Positions 39,281-60,892 are shown, counted from the stretch's first letter. The stretch is 62,454 nt of DNA from Chloroflexota bacterium (GCA_030446555.1 JAUJNA010000004.1:35354-97807), one strand, 5' to 3'. Program-made: numbers and translations. The notes: generated by a model from the sequence alone, not told the origin.

Positions 39281-40111
39281 CTAGCTCTTCCGGTGGCGGG
39301 ATCGCACGATGACCCTCCCGCTCGTCTTGTTGCGCCGGGTGCGATGGCCCATGGCCGACTGACCCCACGGCGTCTTGGGCGGCATGCCGGTGGGCGACTT
39401 GCCTTCGCCTCCGCCGTGCGGATGATCGCGCGGGTTCATGACCACTCCGCGCACCTCGGGCCGCCGGCCCAGGTGCCGTGAGCGACCCGCCTTGCCCATG
39501 CTCTGGTTCTCATGATCGAGGTTGCCCACCTGGCCCACGGTCGCCATGCAGCGCATGGGGATGCGGCGCACCTCACCGGATGGCAACCGGACCTGTGCGG
39601 CGTCGCCCTCCTTGGCCAGCAGCTGTGCCGACGCTCCGGCCGAGCGGACGATCTGGCCGCCCTTGCCGGGCACCAGCTCGATGTTGTGCAGCTGCGTGCC
39701 GAGCGGGATGCGCGACAGCGGCAGCGCATTGCCGACGCGCGCATCCACGTTCGTGCCCGCGATCACCACGTCGCCGACGCGCAGTCCGTTGGGCACGAGG
39801 ATGTAACGCTTCTCGCCGTCGCGGTAGTGGAGGAGCCCGATGCGCGCGGACCGATTGGGGTCGTACTCGATGGTCGCCAGCCGCGCCGGGACATCCCACT
39901 TGTCGCGACGGAAGTCGATCCGGCGGTAGGTCCGCTTGTGGCCACCGCCCCGATGACGAACGGTCATGCGGCCCTGGCCGTTCCGGCCCGCGTGGCTCTT
40001 CAGCGGCTCGAGCAGCGGCTTGTGGGGCGTGTCGGTGGTGACCTCCTCGAAGGTCGAGCGCGTCATGAAACGCCGGCCGGGCGAGGTCGCCTTGTAGCTT
40101 CGCAGCGGCAT
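39281..40111 (-). CDS. rplB: 50S ribosomal protein L2
   Basis: 276 aa. [15 protein letters not shown]...GGGHKR.YR.IDF...HPHGGGEGK. Confidence 0.95.
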   Translation of the reverse strand: MPLRSYKATSPGRRFMTRSTFEEVTTDTPHKPLLEPLKSHAGRNGQGRMTVRHRGGGHKRTYRRIDFRRDKWDVPARLATIEYDPNRSARIGLLHYRDGEKRYILVPNGLRVGDVVIAGTNVDARVGNALPLSRIPLGTQLHNIELVPGKGGQIVRSAGASAQLLAKEGDAAQVRLPSGEVRRIPMRCMATVGQVGNLDHENQSMGKAGRSRHLGRRPEVRGVVMNPRDHPHGGGEGKSPTGMPPKTPWGQSAMGHRTRRNKTSGRVIVRSRHRKS

Positions 40112-40415
40112 CAGCTAGACCCTCGAAGAATTCGATCTTGTCATCCGGCCCGACCGTCACGACCGCCTTCTTCCATGGCGAGGTCCAGCCGCGCTGGCGC
40201 CCCCGTTTCCGATTGCGGCTCTTCTCCTTGGCCTTCGTCGTCAGGACGTTGACGTCAAGGACCGTGACGTTGAACAGGTCCTGGACGGCGTCCTTGATCT
40301 GGAGCTTGTTCGCGTCATCATGGACGGCGAACGTGTACTTGTGACGCTGCGTCTGGTCCATCGACTTCTCGCTGATGACCGGCCGGATGATGACCTGCGC
40401 TGCCTGGAGCGTCAT
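40111..40415 (-). pseudogene. rplW: 50S ribosomal protein L23; stop codon out of frame in this assembly (probable missing C/G at the CCC run 40120..40122)
   Basis: Starts at ATG 40415 (ATGA overlap with the rplD stop). MTLQAAQVIIRPVISEKS...KKAVVTVGPDDKIEFFEG then reads on for ~180 codons across rplB (ORF 39573..40718). One extra G in GAGGGTC would give ...EGSS-TGA overlapping the rplB ATG. Confidence 0.8.
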
Positions 40416-41037
40416 GCGTACACCTCCGCCATCGTGGGCAGCGAGAGCTGCGAGATGAGCAGGATGTCCGCCTTCAACACGTCGACCACGTTGAGCGAGT
40501 CGGCGCGGATGACATGGACCCCGCGCAGGTTCCGGGCCGAGAGCTCCAGGCGCTCGTCCTTGCCGTCGGCCACCACGAGGACGCGACCCGAGGCTTCCAG
40601 GGCGGCCAGATATCCGACGAGGTCTCGCGTCCGGATGGCATCCATGGCCAGATCCTCGACCACCTTGACAGCGCCGTCGTCGAACTTGGAGGTGAGCGCC
40701 CCAGGAGCGCCGCGGCACGCTTCATGCGCTTCGGCAGCCGCTGGGCGTAGCTCCTTGGATGGGGCCCGAACACGACGCCGCCGCCGGCGTAGTGCGGCGC
40801 ACTCCGCGAGCCCTGGCGGGCACGGCCGGTGCCCTTCTGGCGGTACGGCTTGTGGCCGCCACCGGCCACCTGACCGCGCGTCTTGGTGGACGCGGTGCCG
40901 GTCCGCCGGGCGGCCAGCTGCGCCGTGACGGCCTGATGGATGACCGCCTGTTCACCGGAGCCGCGAAGAGCGCCTCCGGGAGCCTCCACCGTACCGGCCT
41001 GGGTGCCGGTCTTCGTGAAGAGCGTCGTGGTGGGCAT
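40412..41037 (-). pseudogene. rplD: 50S ribosomal protein L4, split by a 1-nt frameshift at the C4/G4 run 40699..40702; probably intact in vivo
   Basis: The N-terminal part, from ATG 41037 ([11 protein letters not shown]...[18 protein letters not shown]...[10 protein letters not shown]), lies inside ORF 40474..41652. The C-terminal part (..[15 protein letters not shown]...) is ORF 40412..40663. Own translation shows CTGGGGCGCTC needs one more G. Span is 626 nt, which is 3n+2. Confidence 0.85.
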
Positions 41038-41042
41038 GAACG

Positions 41043-41652
41043 CTACGCCTTCCGGACCATGACGAGCGAGTTCCTGTGGCCGGGCACCGGTCCCCTGACG
41101 AGCAGCAGGTTCCGCTCCTTGTCGGCCCGCACGATGGTCGCCTTCTTCACCGTCACGCGGTCGCCGCCCATCCGTCCCGCCATCGGCGTGCCCTTGAAGA
41201 CCTTGCCGGGGCTCGTGCCGCCAGATGGAACCCGGTGCGCGGTGCGAGTCGGAGCCGTGGGTCTCCGGGCCGCGACGGAAGTTGTGGCGCTTGATCGTGC
41301 CGGCGAAGCCCTTGCCCTTGCTCACGCCGGTGACATCGACGGTCTCGCCGGCGGAGAAGAGACCGACATCGAGCGTCTGGCCCACCTCGTACGCCGACGC
41401 GTCGTCCAGGCGGAACTCGCGCGTGTCGCGCACCCGCGGCAAGCCCTTCAGCTGGCCCAGACGCGGCTTGGTCAGGCGGCGACCCTCGCCGGCGCCGACC
41501 TGCACCGCGGTATAGCCGTCACGCTCAGCGGTGCGAAGCGCAGTGACGGTGTTGGGCGTCACCGCGACCACCGAGACGGGCACGATGGTGCCGTCCTCGG
41601 CGAAGACCTGTGTCATGCCGATCTTCCGGCCGATCAGTCCGATGCCCATCAC
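41043..41652 (-). pseudogene. rplC: 50S ribosomal protein L3, frameshifted near 41223 (one extra nt or two missing); probably intact in vivo
   Basis: [17 protein letters not shown]...HRAPGSI is in frame with ATG 41652. Own translation of the next frame continues [59 protein letters not shown] (TAG 41045..41043). Span is 610 nt, which is 3n+1. Confidence 0.85.
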
Positions 41653-41952
41653 ATCTTGATCTCGATGTCGACGCCCGCCGCGAGCGAGAGTCGCATCAGG
41701 GCGTCCACCGTCTTCGAGGATGGATCCAGGATGTCGATGAGCCGCTTGTGGGTGCGGATCTCGAACTGCTCCCGGCTGTCCTTGTCGATGAACGGCGAGC
41801 GCAGGACGGTGAACTTCTCGATGCGCGTCGGCAGCGGCACGGGTCCCACGACGTCAGCACCGGTGCGCTGGGCCGTCTCCACGATCTGGAGGGCGGACTG
41901 GTCCAGCAGCCGGTGGTCGTATGCCTTCAGTCGGATGCGGATGCGCTGCCGT

Positions 41953-41957
<5 letters not shown>
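41649..41957 (-). CDS. rpsJ: 30S ribosomal protein S10
   Basis: 102 aa, GTG start. [26 protein letters not shown]. Confidence 0.95.
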
Positions 41958-43160
<1,203 letters not shown>

Positions 43161-43189
43161 CTAGCTCTCTCCTCGTTCCCGGGCGGGCG

Positions 43190-45265
<2,076 letters not shown>

Positions 45266-45306
45266 GGTGTTCGCTACTTCCCTGTACTGCCGTCGGTGGG
45301 CTTCGA

Positions 45307-45771
45307 CTACCACTTGAAGTGACTGAAGGCCTTGTTGGCCTCGGCCATCTTGTGGGTGTCCTCGCGGCGCTTGACGGCTGCGCCGAGGCCGTTCATCGCG
45401 TCGACGAGCTCGAAGGCGAGCTTCTCGCTCATCGACTTGCCGCTCCGCCGGCGGGCCGACTGGACGAGCCAGCGGACGCCGAGCGAGACGCGGCGGTCGC
45501 CCCGGATCTCGACCGGGACCTGGTATGTGGCGCCGCCCACGCGCCGTGGCTTGACCTCGATGATGGGCGTCGCGTTGCGCAGCGCCTGATCGAGCACTTC
45601 CAGGCCGGGCCGCCGCGCTGCGGCTTCCGCGCGCGCCAGCGCCTGGCGCAGGATGCGCTCGGCGAGGCCCTTCTTGCCGTCGGTCATCAGCTTCACGACG
45701 AACCGATCGGTGGTGCGCGTCAGGGTCGGCGCGTACTTGGCCTTGCGGGGGGTCCCGACACGTCGCGGCAT
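45307..45771 (-). CDS. rpsG: 30S ribosomal protein S7
   Basis: 154 aa. MPRR...[14 protein letters not shown]...[10 protein letters not shown]. Confidence 0.95.
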   Translation of the reverse strand: MPRRVGTPRKAKYAPTLTRTTDRFVVKLMTDGKKGLAERILRQALARAEAAARRPGLEVLDQALRNATPIIEVKPRRVGGATYQVPVEIRGDRRVSLGVRWLVQSARRRSGKSMSEKLAFELVDAMNGLGAAVKRREDTHKMAEANKAFSHFKW

Positions 45772-45775
45772 CGGT

Positions 45776-46189
45776 CTACTTGGGCTTCTTGGCGCCGTAG
45801 CGCGAGCGGCCCTGCTTGCGATCGCGCACGCCGGCCGCGTCCAGCGTGCCGCGGATGATGTGGTACTTGACCGAGGGGAGGTCGCGCACGCGGCCGCCGC
45901 GCACCAGCACCACCGAGTGCTCCTGGAGGTTGTGCCCGATGCCCGGGATGTAAGCCGTGACCTCTTGCTGGTTGGTCAGACGGACGCGAGCGATCTTGCG
46001 CAGCGCGGAGTTGGGCTTCTTGGGTGTCATGGTGCGCACCTGGAGGCAGACGCCCCGCTTCTGGGGGGCGCCCGGGATCGACTCCTGACGCTGGCGCAGG
46101 CTGTTCCAGTTGCGCCGCATCGCGGGTGCCTTGATCTTCTGGAGCTTGGGCGTGCGGCCCTTGCGCACGAGCTGGCTGATCGTGGGCAC
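45776..46189 (-). CDS. rpsL: 30S ribosomal protein S12 (long form with the insertion seen in Firmicutes-type S12)
   Basis: Frame trimmed to GTG 46189 (GAGGAG lies 9 nt upstream). [12 protein letters not shown]...[24 protein letters not shown]...[17 protein letters not shown]. Confidence 0.93.
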   Translation of the reverse strand: MPTISQLVRKGRTPKLQKIKAPAMRRNWNSLRQRQESIPGAPQKRGVCLQVRTMTPKKPNSALRKIARVRLTNQQEVTAYIPGIGHNLQEHSVVLVRGGRVRDLPSVKYHIIRGTLDAAGVRDRKQGRSRYGAKKPK

Positions 46190-46389
46190 GAAGTCGGACT
46201 CCTCGCTGGTGTCGGTCAGGGTGATCGCCGAGCGGTGCGTTCCGTGGGGCGGGCGCACGCAGGGCGGGGGCTTCGAGATGGTGGAGCGGGTGCTCGTCCG
46301 GTAGCGGGCGCCGGGCGGGTGACCGCCCTCCGTATGCCCATCAGCCGACCGGCACGAACCGGCGCGCGGCCTCGCAGCCGCGAACGGGG

Positions 46390-46418
46390 AGTCTACCAGC
46401 GCGCTCAGGGAGCGTCAA
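46390..46418 (-). promoter_or_regulatory. candidate strong sigma-70-type promoter of the str operon (TTGACG-17-TGgTAGACT)
   Basis: Minus strand reads cttccTTGACGctccctgagcgcgcTGGTAGACTCCCCGTTCGCG, about 190 nt upstream of the rpsL GTG. Confidence 0.55.
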
Positions 46419-46482
46419 GGAAGGGGGGAATGGGCGCGGGCGAAGTGGGACGCGCCGGGCGATCTGCTAGGCTCGCGCGCCG

Positions 46483-47325
46483 ATGGACCCGGTCCTCTCT
46501 CATGTCCAGGTGGCGCCGCTGCGCGAAGCCTTCCGCAGCGGCGCGAACAGGGTGCCCTTGTCACTGGACCTGGGCCGGACCGTCAGGGCCGTGGAGCTCG
46601 TGGCGGAGGGCGTCAGGCTGCCCGGCGACGAGCTGCTCGACTGGCAGACCATCGACCGGATCAGCCGGTCGCCGAACGCCTGCTTTGCCGTCCGCCGTGG
46701 CGGTGCCGAGCCGATCCGGCGCTATTCGCTTCGGACCGCCCGCGTGTACAGCCTGATGCCCACGTCACGGGCACCCACGATGCTGCTGTCGGGGATCCAG
46801 ATGCACCGGGTCAAGGGCACCGATCCCATGGCCGACACGGATTCCAAGATCCGCGCCATCGCGCCGGTGCGCGGCCGTGTCCTGGACACGACCACGGGGC
46901 TCGGCTACACCGCCATCGCGGCCGCCCGCACGGCCGACCAGGTCGTCACGGTCGAGCTGGACCCAGCTGTGCTCGAGATCGCCGCGCAGAATCCCTGGTC
47001 ACAGGAGCTCTTCGCGTCGGCCGGCATCGAGCAGCACGTCGGGGACATCACGGACCTCATCGCGGCGCTCCCCGACACCTGGTTCGACAGGATCGTGCAC
47101 GACCCGCCGATGATGTCGCTGGCCGGCGACCTCTACTCGGGCGCCTTCTACCAGCAGCTGCGGCGCGTGCTGCGGCCGGGTGGCCGCCTCTTCCACTACG
47201 TCGGACGACCCGATAGCGCGTCCGGGGCACGCGTCGGGAAGGGGGTCGTGAAGCGGCTACGCGCAGCCGGCTTCCGGCGGGTGGAAGAGCGGCCCGACGC
47301 CTTCGGCTACGCCGCCTCGCCCTGA
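46483..47325 (+). CDS. class I SAM-dependent methyltransferase (DPP-motif type), the only long plus-strand gene in ~55 kb
   Basis: 280 aa. Motif I VLDTTTGLGYTAIAAA, motif IV IVHDPPMM, and LRPGGRLFHYVG. The N-terminal ~110 aa is of unknown fold. Confidence 0.65.
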   Translation: MDPVLSHVQVAPLREAFRSGANRVPLSLDLGRTVRAVELVAEGVRLPGDELLDWQTIDRISRSPNACFAVRRGGAEPIRRYSLRTARVYSLMPTSRAPTMLLSGIQMHRVKGTDPMADTDSKIRAIAPVRGRVLDTTTGLGYTAIAAARTADQVVTVELDPAVLEIAAQNPWSQELFASAGIEQHVGDITDLIAALPDTWFDRIVHDPPMMSLAGDLYSGAFYQQLRRVLRPGGRLFHYVGRPDSASGARVGKGVVKRLRAAGFRRVEERPDAFGYAASP

Positions 47326-47335
47326 GCCGAGAGGC

Positions 47336-51943
<4,608 letters not shown>

Positions 51944-52030
51944 CGTTCTCCTTCGTCACGCCGTGCGTCGGCGCGAGATGAGCGGGCTGGAGCGCAGCGG
52001 CGCACCCCGGGGCATCACTGGGCCACCGCT

Positions 52031-52052
52031 GGCCGGGGCCCGCACCCCGGCC
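52031..52052 (-). other. GC stem-loop in the rpoB-rpoC spacer (GGCCGGGG-6 nt-CCCCGGCC)
   Basis: Perfect 8-bp inverted repeat read from the sequence. Function (processing or pausing) unknown. Confidence 0.3.
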
Positions 52053-52080
52053 GCCGTGCGACCCGCTTCGATCGGCAGGT

Positions 52081-55593
<3,513 letters not shown>

Positions 55594-55691
55594 GCGCTCC
55601 TAGACACGGGGAGAGACGGGCACGGTTCGGCGGGCAGGGGAAACCACGGGCAGGGACATAGGCAGGGAGGGGCCACGCTCACGGAACGGGC

Positions 55692-55720
55692 ATGGTACTG
55701 CCGGGCGGTCACCCTGTCAA
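55692..55720 (-). promoter_or_regulatory. candidate promoter directly upstream of rpoB (TTGACA-17-TACCAT)
   Basis: Minus strand reads catTTGACAgggtgaccgcccggcagTACCATgcccgttccg, ~95 nt before the rpoB ATG and downstream of the rplL hairpin. Confidence 0.5.
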
Positions 55721-55747
55721 ATGCCGGTGGCGGGTGGCTGGAACGCG

Positions 55748-55775
55748 GGTGGCGGGCCGTTCCCAGCCCGCCACC
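55748..55775 (-). terminator. 10-bp GC stem-loop 22 nt after the rplL stop (GGTGGCGGGC-8 nt-GCCCGCCACC); possible rplL-rpoB attenuator, no U-tract
   Basis: Perfect inverted repeat read from the sequence. Its position is analogous to the known rplL-rpoB attenuator of E. coli. Confidence 0.4.
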
Positions 55776-55796
55776 GCTCGCTGCTGGATGGACTCG

Positions 55797-56183
55797 CTAC
55801 TTGATCTCGACCTTCGCCCCCTGCTCCTCGAGGGCAGCCTTGACCTTGTCGGCCTCGTCGCGGGCGACGCCCTCCTTGACCGGCTTGGGAGCCGCATCGA
55901 CGAGGTCCTTGGCCTCCTTGAGCCCCAGGCCGGTGAGCTCACGGACGACCTTGATGACGGGGATCTTGTTGGGGCCGACCTCGGTGAGGACGGCGCTGAA
56001 CTCGGTCTGCTCCTCGACGGGAGCGGCTGCGGGAGCGGACGCGGCCGGTGCCGCGGCAGCCGCCATGGGGGCGGCGGCGGTGACGCCGAACCTGTCCTCG
56101 AAGGCCTTCTTGAAGTCGGCGATCTCGAGCATCGTCATGTTCTCGAACGCCTCGAGCAGCTGGTCGTTGGTCAGGGTGGCCAT
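55797..56183 (-). CDS. rplL: 50S ribosomal protein L7/L12
   Basis: 128 aa. Ala-rich hinge and [19 protein letters not shown]...[10 protein letters not shown]. Confidence 0.95.
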   Translation of the reverse strand: MATLTNDQLLEAFENMTMLEIADFKKAFEDRFGVTAAAPMAAAAAPAASAPAAAPVEEQTEFSAVLTEVGPNKIPVIKVVRELTGLGLKEAKDLVDAAPKPVKEGVARDEADKVKAALEEQGAKVEIK

Positions 56184-56241
56184 GACTGGTGATTACCTCC
56201 TGCGGTCGGGTGGTCGGTCGGGCGTGATGGAGCGCAGCGTC

Positions 56242-56769
56242 TCAGGCGGCGGGCGCCGTCCTCTGGTCGGCCAGCGCCTGGAAGAGGCCGGCCATCTCGC
56301 GGAGCGGGGCATCGAAGAGCCCGGCCGTCGTGGCGAGGGGCGCAGCGACGGCGCCCGCGACTCCGCCCAGCAGCTCGTCCCGGCTGGGCAGCGTGGCCAG
56401 CCGCGTGATGCCAGGGGCGTCGATGCGGCTACCGCTGACGACGGCCCCGCGGATGACCACGTTGCGGTAGGGCCGCAGCGCATCGAGGAGCCCCTTCGCG
56501 AGAGCCACTTCGTCCTCGCCCCCCAGCGCCACGGCCGAAGGCCCCTCCAGCAAGGACGCCAGCTCATCGCAACCGGCCTGATCGGCGGCGATCTTCGCGA
56601 GTCGGTTCTTCACCACCCGGTAGGCGATCCCCTTGTCACGGAGCGAGCGTCGGATGACCCCGAGGTCGGAGACACGAAGGCCCCGATGGTCGGAGACGAT
56701 GGCGCGATCGCTGGCCGAGAAGGCCTCGACGAGCTCGGCGACGGCGGCGCGCTTGGCGTCGGTCGGCAT
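56242..56769 (-). CDS. rplJ: 50S ribosomal protein L10
   Basis: 175 aa. KRAAVAELVEAFSASDRAIVSDHRGLRVSDL..LR. Lies between rplA and rplL. Confidence 0.92.
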   Translation of the reverse strand: MPTDAKRAAVAELVEAFSASDRAIVSDHRGLRVSDLGVIRRSLRDKGIAYRVVKNRLAKIAADQAGCDELASLLEGPSAVALGGEDEVALAKGLLDALRPYRNVVIRGAVVSGSRIDAPGITRLATLPSRDELLGGVAGAVAAPLATTAGLFDAPLREMAGLFQALADQRTAPAA

Positions 56770-57066
56770 GGACAGCTCCTTTCCCTGGTGGGCGCCCGTC
56801 CGTCAGGACGGTCCCTGCGGCGTTCCGCACAGGTGGTCGCGGTCGTGACTGCGGCGCAGCGCGACCCGGGTGGAGCCCGGAGACCCTTGCCTCGGCGTGC
56901 CCGTCGGCGTCCCCCGGCTCGGCCGGGTCCGGTCGACGATTTCGGTCCCATCCGCGCCGGCGAGTCCCCTCCCCGGCCCGGCAGCGGTCACGGATGACCG
57001 CGTCGGACGCATCGCTGTCTGTGGCGGAACGATCCTCTTCATCTGGCCGGCCCCTGGCCGGTCCAC

Positions 57067-57774
57067 CTAGGCGGCGGCTCGGGCGAGGAGTCCCGGGACA
57101 TCCACCCGGATGCCGGGGCCCATCGTGGAGGCCACCGTCAGGTTCCTGAAATACTGCCCCTTGGCGACGCTCGGCCGGGCGCGGTTCACCGCGTCGACCA
57201 GCGTGGCCAGATTGTCGGCCAGCTGCTCCGGTGAGAAGCTCGCCTTGCCGAACGGGACGTGGATGATACCGCCCTTGTCGACCTTGAACTCGACGCGTCC
57301 GGCCTTGACCTCCCGGACCGCCCGATCGAGGTCGAAGGTGATCGTGCCGGACTTCGGGTTCGGCATCAGGCCCCGTCGCCCGAGGATGCGGCCCAGGCGC
57401 CCCACCATGCCCATCATGTCGGGCGCCGCCAGTGCGACATCGAACTCCAGCCAGCCGGCCTCGATCCGCTTGACTAGATCCTCGCCGCCCACCTCGTCGG
57501 CACCGGCGCGCAGCGCCTCCTGAGCCTTGTCCCCCTGGGCGAAGACCACGGCTCGCACGGGTTTGCCTACGCCGTGCGGCAGGATGACCGTGCCGCGGAC
57601 CATCTGGTCAGCATGCCGCGGGTCCACGCCGAGGCGGATGTGGGCCTCTACCGAGGGGTCGAACCTGACGCGGCTGGTCTCCTTGAGAAGCGTGACCGCT
57701 TCCAGCGGCTCGTAGGAGCGGCCCCGCTCGACGAGGCCTGCCAGTTCCGTGTAGCGCTTGCCGCGATCGGCCAT
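57067..57774 (-). CDS. rplA: 50S ribosomal protein L1
   Basis: 235 aa. [29 protein letters not shown]...[26 protein letters not shown]. Confidence 0.95.
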   Translation of the reverse strand: MADRGKRYTELAGLVERGRSYEPLEAVTLLKETSRVRFDPSVEAHIRLGVDPRHADQMVRGTVILPHGVGKPVRAVVFAQGDKAQEALRAGADEVGGEDLVKRIEAGWLEFDVALAAPDMMGMVGRLGRILGRRGLMPNPKSGTITFDLDRAVREVKAGRVEFKVDKGGIIHVPFGKASFSPEQLADNLATLVDAVNRARPSVAKGQYFRNLTVASTMGPGIRVDVPGLLARAAA

Positions 57775-57880
57775 CCCTTGGTCTCCTCCTGACGGCCCCG
57801 TGGGCCTGCCCCTGTCGCGCGCGGGGTCGACGCGCCGGGTCCTCCCGGCCGGTGATGCTCGGGCAGGCAGCCCGGTCCGT

Positions 57881-58306
57881 TCAGCCCGTGACCTCGATGC
57901 CCATCGAACGAGCGGTCCCTTCGATGATCCTGGACGCGGCGTCCATGTCGGCGGCGTTGAGGTCCGCCATCTTGGTCTGGGCGATCTCGCGCACCTGGGC
58001 GCGCGTCACGCGTCCGGCCTGCTCCCGGCCTGTGGTCGAGGATCCCTTGTCCACGCCGGCCGCTTTGCGAAGCAGGTCCGCAGCCGGCGGCGTCTTGAGG
58101 ATGAAGGTGAAGCTGCGATCCTCGAAGACGGTGATCTGGGCGGGGATGACCTGGCCGCTCTGCGCGGCCGTCCTCTCGTTGTAGGTCTTGCAGAACTCCA
58201 CGATGTTGATGCCGTGTGGACCCAGCGCCGTACCGACGGGGGGCGCGGGCGTCGCCTTGCCGGCAGGCAGCTGGAGCGTGAGCACGATCCTGATCTTCTT
58301 GGCCAC
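57881..58306 (-). CDS. rplK: 50S ribosomal protein L11
   Basis: 141 aa. [33 protein letters not shown]. Confidence 0.95.
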   Translation of the reverse strand: MAKKIRIVLTLQLPAGKATPAPPVGTALGPHGINIVEFCKTYNERTAAQSGQVIPAQITVFEDRSFTFILKTPPAADLLRKAAGVDKGSSTTGREQAGRVTRAQVREIAQTKMADLNAADMDAASRIIEGTARSMGIEVTG

Positions 58307-58324
58307 TTGTGGTCTGGAGCCTCG

Positions 58325-58906
58325 CTACAGCTTCTCGACCTGGAGGAAGTCGAGCTCGACGGGTGTCTCCCGTCCGAAGATGCTGACGAGGACCTTGAGC
58401 TTGTTGCGCTCCGGGTTGACCTCGTCGACGGTGCCGATGAACTCGGCGAACGGACCGTCCGTGACGCGGACGCTCTGGCCCTTCTGGAAGGCCACGCGGT
58501 ACTTGGGCGTCTCGACGCCCATCTGACGGAGGATCTGCTTGACCTCGTGCTCTTCCAGCGGCACGGGCTCGTTACGGCTGCCCGGGATGTTGCCGCCGCC
58601 CACGAAGCTGGTGACCCCGGGCGTGTTCCGGACCACGAACCAGCTATCGGGGTCGAGGATCATCTCGACGAGCACGTAACCGGGATAGACCTTCTTCTGG
58701 ACCGTGACGCGCTGACCGGCCCGGATCTCGATCTCATCCTCCTCCGGCACCAGGACCTGGAAGATCTTGTCATCCATGCCCATCGACTCGATGCGGTGCT
58801 CGAGGTTCGTCTTGACCTTCTTCTCGTAGCCCGAGTAGGTGTGGATCACGTACCAGCGCTTGTCCGGCGCCTTCTGGGTGATGTGGTCCAGGAAGTCGGT
58901 CATCAC
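58325..58906 (-). CDS. nusG: transcription termination/antitermination factor NusG
   Basis: 193 aa. [16 protein letters not shown] (NGN) and C-terminal [21 protein letters not shown]. Confidence 0.93.
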   Translation of the reverse strand: MMTDFLDHITQKAPDKRWYVIHTYSGYEKKVKTNLEHRIESMGMDDKIFQVLVPEEDEIEIRAGQRVTVQKKVYPGYVLVEMILDPDSWFVVRNTPGVTSFVGGGNIPGSRNEPVPLEEHEVKQILRQMGVETPKYRVAFQKGQSVRVTDGPFAEFIGTVDEVNPERNKLKVLVSIFGRETPVELDFLQVEKL

Positions 58907-59088
58907 GCCGGTGTCACTCGCTTCAGCACTTCGTTGAAGAGGAGGTCGAAGAAGCCGATGTAGACGCCCACCACCGCACTGATCACGAAGACGAGCACGG
59001 TGAGGTTGCGGGTCTGCTCACGGGTCGGCCAGGTGACCTTCTTGAGCTCGGAGTATGCCTCGCCGATGAACCGACGGATACGACGCAC
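58903..59088 (-). CDS. secE: preprotein translocase subunit SecE (short, single TM)
   Basis: Frame 58903..59142 trimmed to GTG 59088, because the longer ORF would overlap tRNA-Trp. [40 protein letters not shown] lies 9 nt upstream. Confidence 0.8.
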   Translation of the reverse strand: MRRIRRFIGEAYSELKKVTWPTREQTRNLTVLVFVISAVVGVYIGFFDLLFNEVLKRVTPA

Positions 59089-59114
59089 GATCGATGATCC
59101 TTCGTTGTGATGGA

Positions 59115-59190
59115 TGGCAGGGGCGGCGGGACTCGAACCCACAACCGCTGGTTTTGGAGACCAGTGCTCTTCCAGTTGAGCTACGCCCCT
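59115..59190 (-). tRNA. trnW: tRNA-Trp (anticodon CCA), CCA end encoded
   Basis: Own folding of AGGGGCGTAGCTCAACTGGAAGAGCACTGGTCTCCAAAACCAGCGGTTGTGGGTTCGAGTCCCGCCGCCCCTGCCA. 7-bp acceptor stem, anticodon loop CTCCAAA, T-loop GGTTCGAGTCC. Confidence 0.92.
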
Positions 59191-59215
59191 ACCGAGGGCT
59201 GGACGATACTCGTTG

Positions 59216-59375
59216 CTACTTCGCCTCGCGGTGCGGCGTATGACGCCGACAGCGGGGGCAGTACTTGCGCAACTCGATCCGGTTGGGATCGTTCTTCTTG
59301 TTCTTCTCCGTGCTGTATGTCCGCTCCCGGCACTCGGTGCAGGCGAGCTGGATGACGGGCCGATTCTCTACCTTC

Positions 59376-59380
<5 letters not shown>
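59216..59380 (-). CDS. rpmG: 50S ribosomal protein L33 (zinc-binding form)
   Basis: Below the ORF-track cutoff. Own translation from GTG 59380 gives [54 protein letters not shown]. Confidence 0.9.
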
Positions 59381-60582
<1,202 letters not shown>

Positions 60583-60633
60583 GCTGGCGCTATCGACTCC
60601 TGTGGGATGCGGCTACGCCGCTGAGTGGCGAAG

Positions 60634-60709
<76 letters not shown>

Positions 60710-60736
60710 CCGTTGATCGGCCGACGACGGGATGGA

Positions 60737-60821
60737 TGGTGGGCAGGGAGGGAATCGAACCCCCACAGTCGAAGACGGCTGATCTACAGTCAGCGGAGCT
60801 CACCACCTGCTCAACCTACCC
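60737..60821 (-). tRNA. trnY: tRNA-Tyr (anticodon GTA), long variable arm, CCA encoded
   Basis: GGGTAGGTTGAGCAGGTGGTGAGCTCCGCTGACTGTAGATCAGCCGTCTTCGACTGTGGGGGTTCGATTCCCTCCCTGCCCACCA, 85 nt. Acceptor stem GGGTAGG/CCTGCCC with one G-U pair. Confidence 0.88.
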
Positions 60822-60892
60822 ACGGGCGACTGCGCTCCTTGGGGTCCCGCGACCCGTGGTGAAGAGGGGTCGAGCGCAGCATCCTCTTCAGT

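Noticed and set aside
40474-41652. A 392-aa ORF that looks like an L3-L4 fusion, and the 381-aa ORF 39573..40718 spanning L23 and rplB.
   Set aside because: These are artefacts of the frame disruptions. Each contains an out-of-frame junk segment between recognisable pieces of adjacent genes.
59088-59142. The longer SecE start at 59142 given by the ORF track.
   Set aside because: It would overlap the 3' half of tRNA-Trp (59115..59190). The first in-frame start after the tRNA is GTG 59088.
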